In this document: piece after piece, positions 33,887-50,600 of the stretch | How positions within the stretch are numbered: the first letter of the stretch is position 1 | How the letters are laid out: each line of letters opens with the position of its first letter | From: the human T2T-CHM13v2.0 reference genome, Homo sapiens | Reading direction: 5' to 3' (one strand) | Assembly (NCBI RefSeq): GCF_009914755.1 | Contig: NC_060947.1 | DNA: 64,000 bases | Notes under the pieces: model-generated | Databases searched by the model: none | What the model was told of the DNA's origin: nothing | What the model saw: only the letters and a program-made list of their open reading frames with translations | Program-made: the position numbers and the translations under genes

Positions 33887-35479
33887 TCCTATCCTTCTAA
33901 TCACTATAGAAAAATATGAGGAAAAAAATAGGGGGAAAACAAAGATTACGAGATATTCTCACAATCATTCTTACTGAGTTACACTCATTAACTTCCTTGC
34001 TAAATGGTATCCCAAATCTCCATATTCCAGTTATTTTTAAACATTTATCATTCACTACTTTTTATAACAACATTATAACATTAATAGAAATCAAAAACAG
34101 ACTACTGTACCTGCAGTCCCACCAGCTATATGAATCAAACAGGATCTCATAATCAGAGACAATCAGTTTTTGAGTCCTGATTTTGCCACGCCCTAGCAAT
34201 GTGGTCTGAAGCTGCTCAGCTTCACTAAGCTTCACGCTCATCCTGCAGAATGAGCATGACAATAATGCCAACCACCCAGGGTTTTTGTAAGCATTAAATG
34301 AAATAATGTACTTAAAAGTACCTCATAACTGTAATTTACTGGGTACTTTGGTTATAATTACTTTTGTCTTTTATATTCTCTTCCCACTCTTGTCCATAAG
34401 CACATAGAACTTTCCCAGCTGCGATTGTTTTACACGTAAATTCGTAACTTGCCCTTTGCTCTTATCATGGACTTGCTTGCTTGTTGCTATATCACCACTC
34501 TCATCATTTTTAAGGTTGTAGGCTATGTTAAGTGGATGTACCAAATGTACCAAAATGCATTAAATCATTTCCCTCACTGTTGAGTAGTGTATCTATTCGT
34601 GAAATTTTACTATATAGATAATCAAAATGAGCATCTTTTAATGGTTTGTAAGTTTTTGAACATCAACAGGACATTTAAACTCAAAGTCTCTAAGGGCTTA
34701 AGAAGTTTTTCTTCTGAGTGTGTAAATGGTCAACATCAGGCTTGCTGCCAGTAAGGCTTTCATGAGCCAGAGCTGTTCTGCCACAAAGACAGTACTGAAG
34801 GACCCATAAATTGTGCTCGTGCCCCTGCAAAGACAGGAAACAAAGACAGAGTAGGGCCTGGGCAATGATTTCTCAGTGTGACTGTGTGAGTTACTATGCA
34901 TATTGCTGGGAGCAATTATTTAGGAATCGGAATAGATGTAAACACAGCTTTCAAGCATCACAAGCAAAAGTCCTTGCCCAAAGAGGTTACTATTTAAAAT
35001 CATCTAATTTGATGTGGGAACAAAGAGCAAAGCCACCCAGGCTTCCAGTCACAAAAAGTCTGGACATGAAATTAGTGCCATCAGAGAGGTCTTGCTAGGA
35101 GGCAGGTCTGGGGCAGGTCAGAGTTGGAAAAATGATCAGAAGGAAAAGAGGCCAAAGTCAAACACCACTCAGGAGGAAGGAAAGGCTAGGAGAGCAGAGG
35201 CAGTTAGGTAAAGCAAGAGAAATCAGAATCTAACCCTAGGGGAAGAAGCTCCTTCAAAGCTACCTCATTAGGAAAGACTAGGTGGAGTGGAGAGAAATGG
35301 CCTCTCCTTTTAATGGAAAAAACAAACAAACAAACAAACAAAAAAAGATGGTGACTGACTTCAGGAACAGGAAGTGGCCCCAGAGGACACAGATGCTAAC
35401 CATCATATAAACCCAGGGAAAAGCCAGACTCCCTCCACTGTGACACATGGAAGAGGTGACGGGGAGTGGATGCAATCAC

Positions 35480-36020
35480 AGACTAATTTGACAGTGTCAT
35501 TTCCCTGCTTAAGACCCTTCAAAGGTTCCCCTTTGCTTTTAGGACAAAATCTGATTCTATGATATGGCTCACAAGGCCCTGAATCTTCTGACCCCTCCCT
35601 CTTGCCAGCTTCATGTCTTCTGACTGCCCGTTGTTCTGGTTCAAAGCTTGCTCTCTCAGTTCTTTGAAAGAGTTTTGCTTTCTTTCACTTTCAAACCTTC
35701 TTACATCCTGTTCCTTCTGCTTGCAACACTCTCCCTTCCCACTTTCCTCACCTAGCTAATTCCTATTCATCATTAGAGTCTCAATTTAAATGTCACTTTT
35801 TCCTGGAAGTATATGTTTATGCACTCCTTGGCATTCTGTGTATATTCTGTAGTGACACTGGCCACACTCTTTAGTAACTGTTTACTTTCCTGTCTCTGCA
35901 TAATCTGTAAGCTCAAATGAACCAGGTACTACATCTTTCTTCGTCCTCGCTAACTCCCTAGTGTCTGGCATAGAGTAGGTACTTGATAAGTATTTTGAAT
36001 AAAATAATAAATAGATGCAA
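35480..36020 (+). mobile_element. L2 LINE 3' end
   Basis: cctgcttaagacccttc...ggctcacaaggccctg...cctagctaattcctattcatc...tgtctggcatagagtaggtacttgataagtattttgaat. Confidence 0.75.
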
Positions 36021-36034
36021 GCAAATGAACCAAT

Positions 36035-36580
36035 TACTTTTAGTTCATTCACCATATACTGAGTGCATAGTCTGTAGAAAGCTTTGTTCTAAAAGTAGTT
36101 AACAAGACAGCATGGTCCCTGTCCCTGTTTGAGCCCTCTGTCTAGGCTGCTAGGAGCATAGACAGGCACACAAACAATCCAGATATAATGAATAATCCAA
36201 GAGAGATGCAGAGTGCTCTTAGTGAATGGGGCAGGCAGTCATGTCAAAGAGGAAGACTCCATGGAGACGAAAGGATGGGAGTTTGGCCTTGGAGGTCCAG
36301 TAATGCTTTAGCAGACAAAGAAGGGTGAGGAAGTGTGTTTCTGGGAAATAGAGTAGCTACAGCAAAGTCGTGGAACCAGGAAAGAATGGAAGATGTTTGG
36401 TGGACAGCGGGCAGGCTGGGTGACCACTGTCAGAGATATGTAATTGAGCTGTGAGATGAGAATGGAAGGCAGACAGTGGCCAGATCACAGAGGGTCATAT
36501 TTGCCAAGCTGAAGAAAATGGACTTTAGCCCATAGTCAATGGGGAGATATATATATCATGTTTGAGCACGGAAGTCACAG
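36035..36580 (-). mobile_element. L2 LINE fragment, opposite strand
   Basis: ttcattcaccatatactgagtgc...aacaagacagcatggtccctgtcc...ggccagatcacagagggtc...ggacttt. Confidence 0.65.
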
Positions 36581-39559
36581 GAGAAGAGCTGTTCTGTGGT
36601 TGATGGGCTAACTGCCAGAGGACAACAGCCTGCATGATTGGGGAATCCTCATTTTGTAAGAACCAAGCCTGGGAGAAAATTTTCTAAGAAAAACCTGCAT
36701 TTCATAGTTTATAGTATAAAACTGTATAAATGTTTATCCAATTACAGAAGATATAGAAAGAATGTTGGCTGAATCCTGGAATACTTGAATGAAATGGGCT
36801 CATTTGGGGCCAAACTTATGATATGCATTTACCTGGCATATACCAACCAAACAGAATGGCTGCAATATAGGCACAGGTGAGAGGTACAAAATGGCTGCAG
36901 TGGGAAGGATGAAGGACAGGAAGACAGGTTAAGGTTCTAACTTCAGCTCTGCCTCTGGCTTGCTGTGCAACCTTAAGCAAGTTCCTTCTTCCCCTTGGGT
37001 CTCTGTTTTCTCTGCTAAACACTTTTCATTCTAATGTTGTATAGTCAGATGGGAATCTCAGAGTACACAGTTTAATTTCAGAAGATGTCCCATCCCAAGG
37101 CTGCTGTTAGCCTTTGTGAAAATAAAAGAAGAAGTGCCCCTCCCTCTAGACACTTTACTTACTTTAGTTAGACAACTTCTCTAAGAAATATACAAATCTT
37201 TTCCATCTACTAAGTGAGGGGCATCCCCTAGAGCTGTACAGTGCACAACCTACACAATTGTCTGGCAACCCTAGACTCATACAGTACTCATGTCCAAAAA
37301 GAGAGGCTGAGAAAGTCATTGGGCTGACCCAGTAGACACATATTACTGTTTTAGACCCGATGAGGAAGAATATGCCTTTTGAGGTGAGCGAAGTAGATTA
37401 TAAAAAGCCTGTCATAAGCAAGAATAACAATGACTCCCATCAACAAGGCGATCGTGGCAGTCCTGCAGTCTTCCCTTCTCAATCCACCATGCAAAACTTT
37501 CTGAAAATGACTTTAGCCAGAGACTTACAAGCGGATGTGGGGCTGGGGGCATGAGGATTAGTTGAATAGCTTTGGGTGGCAGAAAAGGGATGCCTTTCTG
37601 GCTGGTCCCTATGTAGATGATGACAGCTACTTGAGCATGTCCTCTCAAGCAAGATTTCCTCAAAATCATTTCAAAAGGAGCCTTACACTGTGGGGACTTT
37701 CACAGACACTTCAGACACTCAGACACAGACAGCAACAGTGGACTTGGCATGTAAGTCTACTGAATATTTTCAAGGACTGGTGTTTCTTCCTCCACAGAAG
37801 AAAGCTTTGTAGCACGCGATGAGTACATTTATCTAGGACTAACTTATTTATCAGCAACTAAAACATGAAATTAGCCAGTCCTTAAAGGCGATTTTGTCTT
37901 TCTCTGCCTGATGCTTTAATAAATCATCCCAATCAAGGTCGGCAGGCATTGGGGGAAGGTACCACATTTGCTTTTCATATTCTCACATTCTGCATGAACA
38001 ATCATTTTCCATTCAGGGCCTGTGATGACCCCCTTGAGACCGTCTGCATGATCTTATGATTTCTAGTTTCTGGGGGACTGGCCCTGTATTTGCCTTGGCA
38101 GACTATAACAGAAAACTTTCTTTCCTTTTTTTGGTTTCAAAATGTAAAATCCTGGGAATGTTTTAGAAACAGGCCTCTGACCAAGACAATGTTTCCACTG
38201 TAATAGAACATAACAGGGAAGGTTCTCATGAGCAGAATCCTTCTCCTTCTCTAGCCATATTTTTTTTAAAGAGTGAAACAGACTTTATGTGGTAGGTCAT
38301 ATTTCTATCAATCTCTCCTGCTGCCATATGTATGAAACACATTCCTCTTGTGTTGAAGGCCCAGAAGCCCCAGAAGATGCCATTTTTTTTTCTACCAAAT
38401 AGTAAACTTACATGCTTCTAGGAGAAAGAAGGACTTAGATAGGATGGGGATGGTCCAGCTAATGGTCCAGCAATGGTCAATAATGGTGATGGTGACAGTC
38501 ATCCTAAGGTCTAAGGTCAGAGGGGTCTTTCTCCTGGGCTGAGGGGGTGTGAAGGAGGACCTATAAGATGTGAACCTTAGCAATCTACTTAGGAAGATAG
38601 GCAATGTGCAAACTGGCCCCGGGCTCCCAGTGCTAGGCTAGCCATAGGTCTCTAGTAATTAGCCTGTTCTGCAATGGAAGGAGTGCTCCTGAGGATTTTA
38701 AAAACCAACAAGATATGAAAATTACCCACCACATTTAGGTTTTTGGTCTTCCTAGGTAGGCATTACATTAGCTGAATCCAAATTTCCTCATTGGGTATTT
38801 GTATTTTCTTCAAATTTTTATGCTGTACAAAACAAAACAAAACAAATGGGCATTCCTGACACCGGGATCTGGAAATGAGGAAGCACATTAACAACTATCA
38901 TGATCTTAGAGAGCACTTTTTTTAATTTTAAAAATAATTGCTAAATTTTCGTGATGTCTTCAATAATAATTTCATGAATCAAGCCACCATTTATCTCATT
39001 TGATAGCCAGTTCCACATTTTACCTGAAAAAGGAAGCCATGAGGAAGCTCAAAATTTTGCTGTCTGCTAAGTTACATTTTTTGCTTTTCCAAAATATTAA
39101 CTCTTTGTGATGCTTTTAACACAAATGAAGAGAATAAATTTAGCTTTGACATTTTATCATGAAGTTAAGATACTAAAGGAAAATGCCAGAGTGCCTATTC
39201 TGGTGAGAAGGAGAGATGAAGAGGGAGAGAAAGAGAGAGAGAGGTGAATCTTTAAACTTTGGAGCCTCAGTTTTTCACTTGTAAAAACAAGGCTGTTAAC
39301 ACAGGTGGACGGTGGTGATTAGAACCAATGTATGGTACCTCTTCTCAGCGGCAGCCTGATTCATGACACCAGCTCTGAAGGAACTAATTAAAACAAAAAA
39401 ATGGGACATCACTGTCTAACGATCATCTCAGTCGTTTTTTGAGGACCTACTATGAGTCACATGCTGGACTGGGTATGCATCATCAAGCCCTCTCAAGTCC
39501 TTTATGGACCAGATGAGAAAGACATAAACCAGCTAAAACCTTCTCTGGTTGATGCTTCT

Positions 39560-39935
39560 TCACATTAACTCCACGAAGTAGATATTATTATTTCACCCAA
39601 TTTATGGATAAGGAAACTAAGGCTGAGGCAGGTCAAGCAATTGGCCCAAGATCACAAGTTAGTAACTAGAAAAGCTGTGCTTTTAACACAAAACCACGGA
39701 ATGCCAGATTATCTGCTTTTCCCAGAATTGGTATGACTGAAATTTTTCAATGGTGTCATAGAATCAGAAATATTACAAAATATTACAACTGGAAGGGATC
39801 TCAAGAAATTATCTAACCCACCCATCTCTTTCCACAATTGAGAAAACTGAAGCTCAGATTGAATAAGTGATTTGACCTCAGTCACATAGAAAATGATTGG
39901 CAGAGCTGGAACAAGAATGAAAGTTTGCAGGTACA
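39560..39935 (-). mobile_element. Two MIR fragments
   Basis: Cores tttatggataaggaaactaaggctgagg...gcccaagatcac and gagaaaactgaagctcag...agtgatttgacc. Confidence 0.6.
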
Positions 39936-40055
39936 GGAGGGATGTTCCCTGGGGGAGCAGCTCTCCTCCATAAGACCACACTGCTCAGAAGAGAAAAAGG
40001 AGGGAACTAGCAGCCTAGACTCCTGCCACCTGGCTCAGGGCCTGTCCTCTTCTAG

Positions 40056-40510
40056 CAGGGGTTCTTGACCTGCAAACTGTGAACTTGGATTGGAAAAAAG
40101 TTATGTTGTTAATTTCACCAGCTTCTAAGTAGATTTAGAATTTCCCCTAATTAATGAATATAGGTAATAAACCACAGCAGTATTAGCAGTACTTTTGACA
40201 TGTTATCAAGATAAATTATAGATATTTGCAAATCTATATCTAGATTAGAGTAGTTGAACATATCTCAAAATGTCATTTATACTCACTACTCTAAAACTGT
40301 AGTACTTGTTCATAGCAAGGAGTACATATGTTACTGTATTACAAATTTGTTTGTAAAAACATTTTATAACTATATTTCAATATTATTTGTGTCTTTTGTA
40401 ACCTCATTTATTTTATTATATTCATTTAAATACCATTTTCTGATATGGGCCTATAGGATTCACCAGACCACCAAAGGGGCCAGGGTACCAATACAGGTTA
40501 ATACAGGTTA
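40056..40510. mobile_element. hAT-Charlie-type non-autonomous DNA transposon
   Basis: Starts caggggttcttgacct and ends caccagaccaccaaagggg...aggttaa (degenerate TIR pair), with an AT-rich interior. Family not resolved. Confidence 0.5.
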
Positions 40511-43429
40511 CCTGCCACATAGTAAACAGTGCTCTCATTCAGACAAGGTTAACCTCTAGGTGGGAGGACAACAGCAAAATCCTGTCTCACCAATAAATAA
40601 CATTGTCTTCTAAATCTCCAAATGTGTGTCTAATGACATGCCCCAAAATGGACCTGAAATCAGTTCTTCCCATGATTGGATTTCAACTTTACCCCCTTTC
40701 CTAACTAAACACAGAAGAAAGATCGTAATGAGCCAAGAACAGCTGAGGGACAAAGAAAGATCTTGCCCCTGCTACAAATGCTTTTGGAAGGCAGAGAGCT
40801 GGCTTTTCATACTCAGATCACAAACTCACCAACTAGCAACAGAGTGTATGTCCCCACTCCAAAAGTTCTGGAACACACAATCGCTGGGATCACAGAAGGG
40901 AAAAATGGGCTGAAGTAATTCTAAGAATTTCTCACTTAGGAGCACATAAAATGAGCAACAAAGTAATTAAGGGACATATCATTTAAAGGTCCCTGTTAAA
41001 CTTTCTCTCTGGAGTTAACTGTGATTCCCAAGGCAGTCTGATGCTAGAGATGGCCAGAATATACCTGTAAATATTCAACTGCTGGAGCAATTATGAGAGC
41101 TAGCTGACCATTCCTCATTTGGGGAAACAACTGCCTAATTGCATCCTTAACTAAGTATTTGCAGATACTGTCAATACATGCAAAAGAGAAGGTCACTAAG
41201 AGCTATGACCATGAGCCTCATTATCACAATATGAAGTCCTTCTACAGCAACAGTGAGGAGACCCAGAAGCCAGCAGCTTTCCTGTGGATCAGTCATCCTG
41301 GTTGGACAGAGAGGAATGAAATAAGATAGGAAAAGTGAACAAACTATGTTATTCTCCAAGGCCCTGAACCAGGCTTCTGGAATGGTCAGCCTCAATCAGG
41401 CTTATTTAACTGCAAGAGAAGTGGCCCCAAGGTACCACATGAGGAATGAGACAGCGAGGGCAGCTGGCTCCCCTATTTTCAGACCTGTCATGATACAGTA
41501 CTGGTTGAACACTTGTAAAGTTTGGTCAGACCCTCCAAAGCAACCCTGCCTTCATTAACGATGCATCACATGGATTGAACTGTGGCCATTGCTCTGAATT
41601 GCTACATCTGCCCACAGAGCTGACTGAAGATGTGACTTTTTAAAAACAACTGCAAAGCTCAAGATTTGGCTATAAAAACTTCTCTTCTCTTTTATAATCA
41701 TCAAAGGAATTGGGGATGGGTTTCACTTGACTGTGTCTGTCAGTACCATGATCACACTCACCTGTTGGTCAGACAGCTGCTTCCTGTTCACCCTGACAAA
41801 TCAGAGACTCAAGAAATGCCAGAGGTGGGAGGGCCTTTGGAGCACATGAAGGCCCACTCCTCATGTATTTTTCAGATGAGGAAGTGGAGGGAGAGAAGAG
41901 GCTTGTTTGAGATCACACAGAAAGTTAGGGAGAGAACTGAGACAAGAATCCAGTCCTCCAGGGGCAGTGGCCAGGGTACCACCTGCTTGTCAATTGCTCC
42001 TTAATATGAAATGTACATAGATGACCCCTGAAAGTAAATAATGTGTGTGATAGAACATTGACGGATCCAAGACAAGTCGCTTCTGGCTTCCTCTTCCTCC
42101 TAAACCTATCCCAAGGAGCACTCAGCTGCACCCCAATTCTGATTAATACCTGGCAGATAGAATTCCCTGTACTTGCGTTGTCCCCAATATTTCCTAAAGT
42201 GAATGCCATGGGAAAAAATGCATAAACTAATGATGGCTGGAGATGGTAGAATCTTGTGGCAGCCAAAGCCATAAAAACAGAGAACAACTATTTTCTAGGT
42301 ATAAATATAAAACTCCTCTGGGAATTTATCTGAAGGAAAAGTGTTTCTGTAAAACTGAGTTATAATCTAAATTATATTATTTGGAGCTATGTACATGTGG
42401 ACTAATAAATAACACATAAAATAAAACGGCACTTTATGAGGAAGACTCATCCTGTATTTCAAGTATTTTCTCACTCTAAAATTTGTTATTTAATATGGAC
42501 GCTTTTTGCCACAAAATGTCTAGAGTTTATTCAATATCTTTTATGTGCTTTACAAGGTCATTAGAGAATTTATTTGCTCTTTCCCTTACAGATTGGAAGG
42601 TGGGCAGTGATATATGAGGTTTCACATTTTATTTATTCACCAAACTGTTCCAGATGTGATCCCATCATTTATCCACTGACACATCAAACCTGCTGGGTGC
42701 CCTGCACACTGACCTCCTCCCAACGTTTTCTTTCATGCTCTTAAAGTTATAGCAGGGCTCACTTCGATGGGAAGACAAGAGAATTGCTACTTGGGGAGAG
42801 GTGGTGGCAAGAGGGAGATGATCAAACTTCAGTAATAAAACATTTAATTGCTTGGCTACAATTTGGAAACAATATCCATGTGGAAAACTGACCCAATACC
42901 TTTCACCTAAACCACTGCTTCCTGCTTGCCCTCCACACAGGGCTGCATGCCTCAGATTTGGAATGTGCAGAATCTGAATAAATGGAATTGAGCAGGTACT
43001 AAATCATTTCCCCCTTCTGCAAGTGATTTGTCACCATAATAAGCATTCTGAGGGTGATAGACCTTTTATTACTACACACTGTTAAGCAGAAAGGAGGCTG
43101 CAATGTATTCCTGGCACTCTTTAGGAAAAATAATTACCCCATGCAGACATTATTTAAAATATCGATTTAACAGAAAGAGTTATATTTAAACCCAAGTGCT
43201 TATTTAGTACGAAATATGAAACATTGTTATGTTTGCATTGGAGAAGATAATGGTGACTCATTCTATGCCACCACAGTCTCTGAGATGCAATCCACATTTT
43301 CCAAAACAACCTCTCACATATTTTGGTAGGGACAAAGAGAGAAAGAGGCTTCCCAAAAGAGGGTTTCTCATTTGGGAAGCCTCTCCATAATGCCAGTTTT
43401 ATGTATACTATAAGCACTCATGCTGCCAT

Positions 43430-43870
43430 CTAACATTTGAAAAGCATTTTATAATTTGCTTAATGATGTCATATGCTTTATCCTGTTTGATCCCTACAAC
43501 AGCGTTATGAGGATTTCAGGGCTGATGTTATTAGTCCCACATTCCAGAGGAAAATACCGAGGCTCAGAGAGACTGAAATGATAATGAAAAAGTATACTAT
43601 ATATCTAGAATTAGCACTGTAGCCAGTGTTGCCAAACTTAGTAAAAGTAATTTAGCATATTACATGGTACATAGCTGTACTAAAATATTATTCATTATTT
43701 ATTTGAAACTCAAATTCAACTGTGTATTGTGTATTTTATCTGGTTACTCTAACTGTAATGGGATGCCAAAATGAGAAGTCCTAATCCCTTCTTGCCTCTG
43801 GTTAGAAAAGTGTGGGTGACTGGCCCACAGTCCCATGGTAAGTAAATGGCAAAGTTGGAAATTCAGGTCA
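43430..43870 (-). mobile_element. MIR interrupted by a MER53-like hAT MITE (~43622-43750)
   Basis: MIR core gaggaaaataccgaggctcagagag; MER53-like tttgaaactcaaattcaactgtgtattgtgtattttatctggttactcta. Confidence 0.5.
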
Positions 43871-44500
43871 TTTATTTCACCTCTTAGCTGAGTACCGACA
43901 CTTGGGACCAGAGGCAGGAGAATGGGCACACGCTGTGGTGTTGTGACAGGATGTCAACATGCTCAGGCCAACAGAGGTGACAAACAGTTCTCTCAGGCCC
44001 TTGGAGTTCCTATGAACAGCTAATGCAATGATCCAAGGGCCTTCTCTGCCTGGAATCACCCACACCTATCCAAATCCAAACTAACTCAACCTAACAACCA
44101 CAGTATCAAAATGGACGGTTCTCTTAAAGTGGACATAAGAATATATGCTCAGTCTCAACCCAAAATACAGAAATGTACATCAAAGCAATGCAATACCATT
44201 TTTCTGCTTATCACATTGAAAACACACTACACTATATTATACTTGGTGTGGATAAGAGGGGGAGTAAGAAAATGACCTCTTTTATACTGTTAGTAAGAGT
44301 ATAAATAGAGATCATCTTTCTGGAGATTGATTTGGCACTATCCATGGCAATGCAAAACTCACCTACAATTTGACCCAGCATTTTCTAAGATATGACAACA
44401 AAAGCACAAGCAACTAAGATAGCTGATTATATGTGTCAAGTTGACTGGACTAACAGATGCCCAGATAGCTGTTTAAACATTATTTCTAGGTATGTGTGTG

Positions 44501-47624
<3,124 letters not shown>

Positions 47625-50600
47625 GTGTGAGAGTGTTTTTAGAAAAGATTAGCATTTGAATTGCTATACCTAGTAAAAAATATTTTCTTCAGCATTGTGG
47701 GTGAGCATCATCCAATTTATAGACAGCCTAGATAGAACAAAAAGGCAGAGGAAGGGCAAGTTGACTCTCTGTGCTTAAGCAGAGACATCCATCTTCTCCT
47801 GCCCTTGGACATGGGTGCTTTTTATTTTCCATCCTTTGGACTTGTACCAGATCTTACACTATTGTTCCCCAGTTCTTAGGCTTTTGGATTTCGAGTAGGA
47901 TTTACACCCACTCCCCATTCTTAGGTCTTTGGAATTGGAATAGGACTCACACCATTGGCTCCCTGGTTCTCAGGCCTTTGGGCTTCAACTGTAACTATAC
48001 CATGGCTTTCCATAATCTCCAGCTTGCAGACAGTAGATTGCAGGACTTCTCAGACTCCATAATTACACAAGCAAATTCTGCATACTAAATCTCTTTCCAT
48101 ATTTCTAAATATATCCCATTGATTCTATTTCTCCGGAAAGCCCCAACTAGTACAAAAGAAACCCATTTCTTCAGATTTCAATCAAAATATGTAACAATCT
48201 TTTTTACTTTTTGTAGCTAAGTCATTTTATCAAAAGCAAAAGACAGCTGGACTGTGTAAGTGGTAAATTTGGAGGTGTCAGCTTGAGGAGACCATGAAGA
48301 GATTTTGAAGGGCTGACACTATTATGAATTGATCAGGAAAAAAATTTTTTTTTTAATTTTCCAGTTACATGGTTAACCCTAAAGGCAAGAAAGATATAAC
48401 CCTGCTAGTATAGCTTGTTATTTTATGAGGTAAAAGATGAATGGCTTTAATGAGCAAGCATTGAAACGTTTGAACTCTCCTTCAAAGAAAAGGGAAAATG
48501 AAAAGTAGTTGTTAAGCACGGACAACATGCAAGGAAGGCACTGCAGTAGACCTATGGCCCTAAGAGTCTGTGACCAGACACCATTTCCATGCATCTATCC
48601 ACCAGAGTCCTAGTCTTGCTCTACCCTTAGGAGATCAGAGACACATGTCCAAAGTGCAAATCAAAAGAATATAGTAGAGTGCAAAGAGCTTCAGCCTAAG
48701 ATTTACATTAGAGATTTACTGCTTGGATCTCAGGTAAGTGCTTTAACTTCTCTAGATCTTGATTTCCTAATCTGCAGCATGGGAATAATAATGCTCGTCT
48801 TATATCTCACAGGGCCAATACTGTGTTAAAAGTAGAAATAACAGGTGAGAATGTTGACAAAAGTAAAACCATAACATAGATGCCTGGTCCTGTAGTAATG
48901 AGGCTTGGACTGGAGAAGACATTAAAGGTATGTCTCAATTCTGCATGGGCTGGCCTCATGATCTTGGAAAATTATTCCATTGCTTTAAGGACTTTCTGGA
49001 TAGGAGAACAGAAGAGCCTAGTTTGGCTACTATTCAGTCTCAAATATGTGTAAGGCATTGGTTGTTAACTTTGTAAAAATAGTGATTTCAACCTTGCACT
49101 CCTATGTCCTCAGAAAAAATTTTCTGAGAGCTAAATTGCCGTGGATTGCAGATGATGCCACGTATAAGTGGTAGGTGTCTCATGTTTGAGGATCTCTTGG
49201 GATATGTTGAAGGCTAGAGTGGCATGTTCACTCCTCCTACTCATATGGCCCCTCTCAGCAAAAAGCCCATAGAGACAGCCTCTTTGGATGAGCATATCTA
49301 GCATTTTCTTTTCATGTGTTATAATTAGACTGTAATGATGTATCACAAACTGGATTTTTAAAATTATACCCTTAGTTTTGAGTAGACAAAAATGCTTTAA
49401 GTGTTGCATTACTTTTATAGCTGCTTCACGTAAGTCACCTTTCTATATAAATTTCTTCTCTAAAGACATGATTCTTCATTTGTTGTCTGCTCAGGAATAT
49501 TTTGTTCTTTGCAGTTGTCTACATTGTATTTAGCTTTTCATTAGTTTTTACTCTGGTCTGAGTAAAATAGAAGTATATTTTGCAATCTTTTTTTCTTCTT
49601 CTGTTTACAGGTGTTTTTATTTTGTCATCTTGGTAACAATATTTTTCAGATCTATTTGTAATCTTTTAATATCCACATAGTTTCTTCTACCATTTAAAAA
49701 TGTAAAAATTCAACTACATGCTGAATTTCCTGAATTTAATAGATATTCTTTAGGAAATAATTTCAGTAATAAACCACTAAGCATGCCTCCCCAAAATGTA
49801 GGACTTTAGCTGTTTAAATTTACTTGTTCTTGGTTCTATGAATAATATTTCAGAGTATCCCCAAAAGCTCTCCAGCCAAGGTGCTCTGAGGTTGCAGGGG
49901 GCCTATGTTCATCTCAGGGCTGTTGTGAGAATTACATGCAGCCATGAAGGGACAGTCTTTGTCCTCTATCCACATGTGAGTAATCATTTTTATCCATGCC
50001 GCTCATACATTTGGCAAGATAAATCAAACTTTCAATTTTGGAAGACCAAAAATGGTGGTATCAAGGAATACATCACCATGCTGTTAAACCCAGAGTGATG
50101 TACACCCCTCTCAGAAGGCAGGTGCCAGATTCATAATGTGAATAATCCTACTTATTACTGCAGAAACATCATTTGTTTGATTAGAAGTTGCTGCCCTAGT
50201 ATTATGTAATACACAATATATGCAGTTCATTGCCTTTTTAAAATTTGAAATTTGTAAAACTCTGAACCACACCTGGCTCCAAGAGTTTCAGGTAAGGGAT
50301 AGTGGACATGTAGAGTATAGTGATTTAAAAGTTGGGCTCTGAAGCCAGACCTCCTGCCTCTTTTCTCAGCTTTACCATCTAATAGCTGTGTGGCCTCCGG
50401 TTAGTTACTTTACCTCTCTAAGCCTTGATGAAAATAGTGGAACCTAGTTCACAGGGCTATAAAAATTGAGTGAGGGAATAAACATAAAGTACTTAGAAAG
50501 CGCTTGATGTTAAGAATAATGATCTGGGGACAACTGACATAAACCTGGACTCCCCAGGAAGCCAGGCTCCTACACCACAGGATATATCAGCCATCATCAA

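Noticed and set aside
33673-33977. F/L/S-rich and K/E/R-rich ORFs
   Set aside because: Translations of the (TTTC)n repeat.
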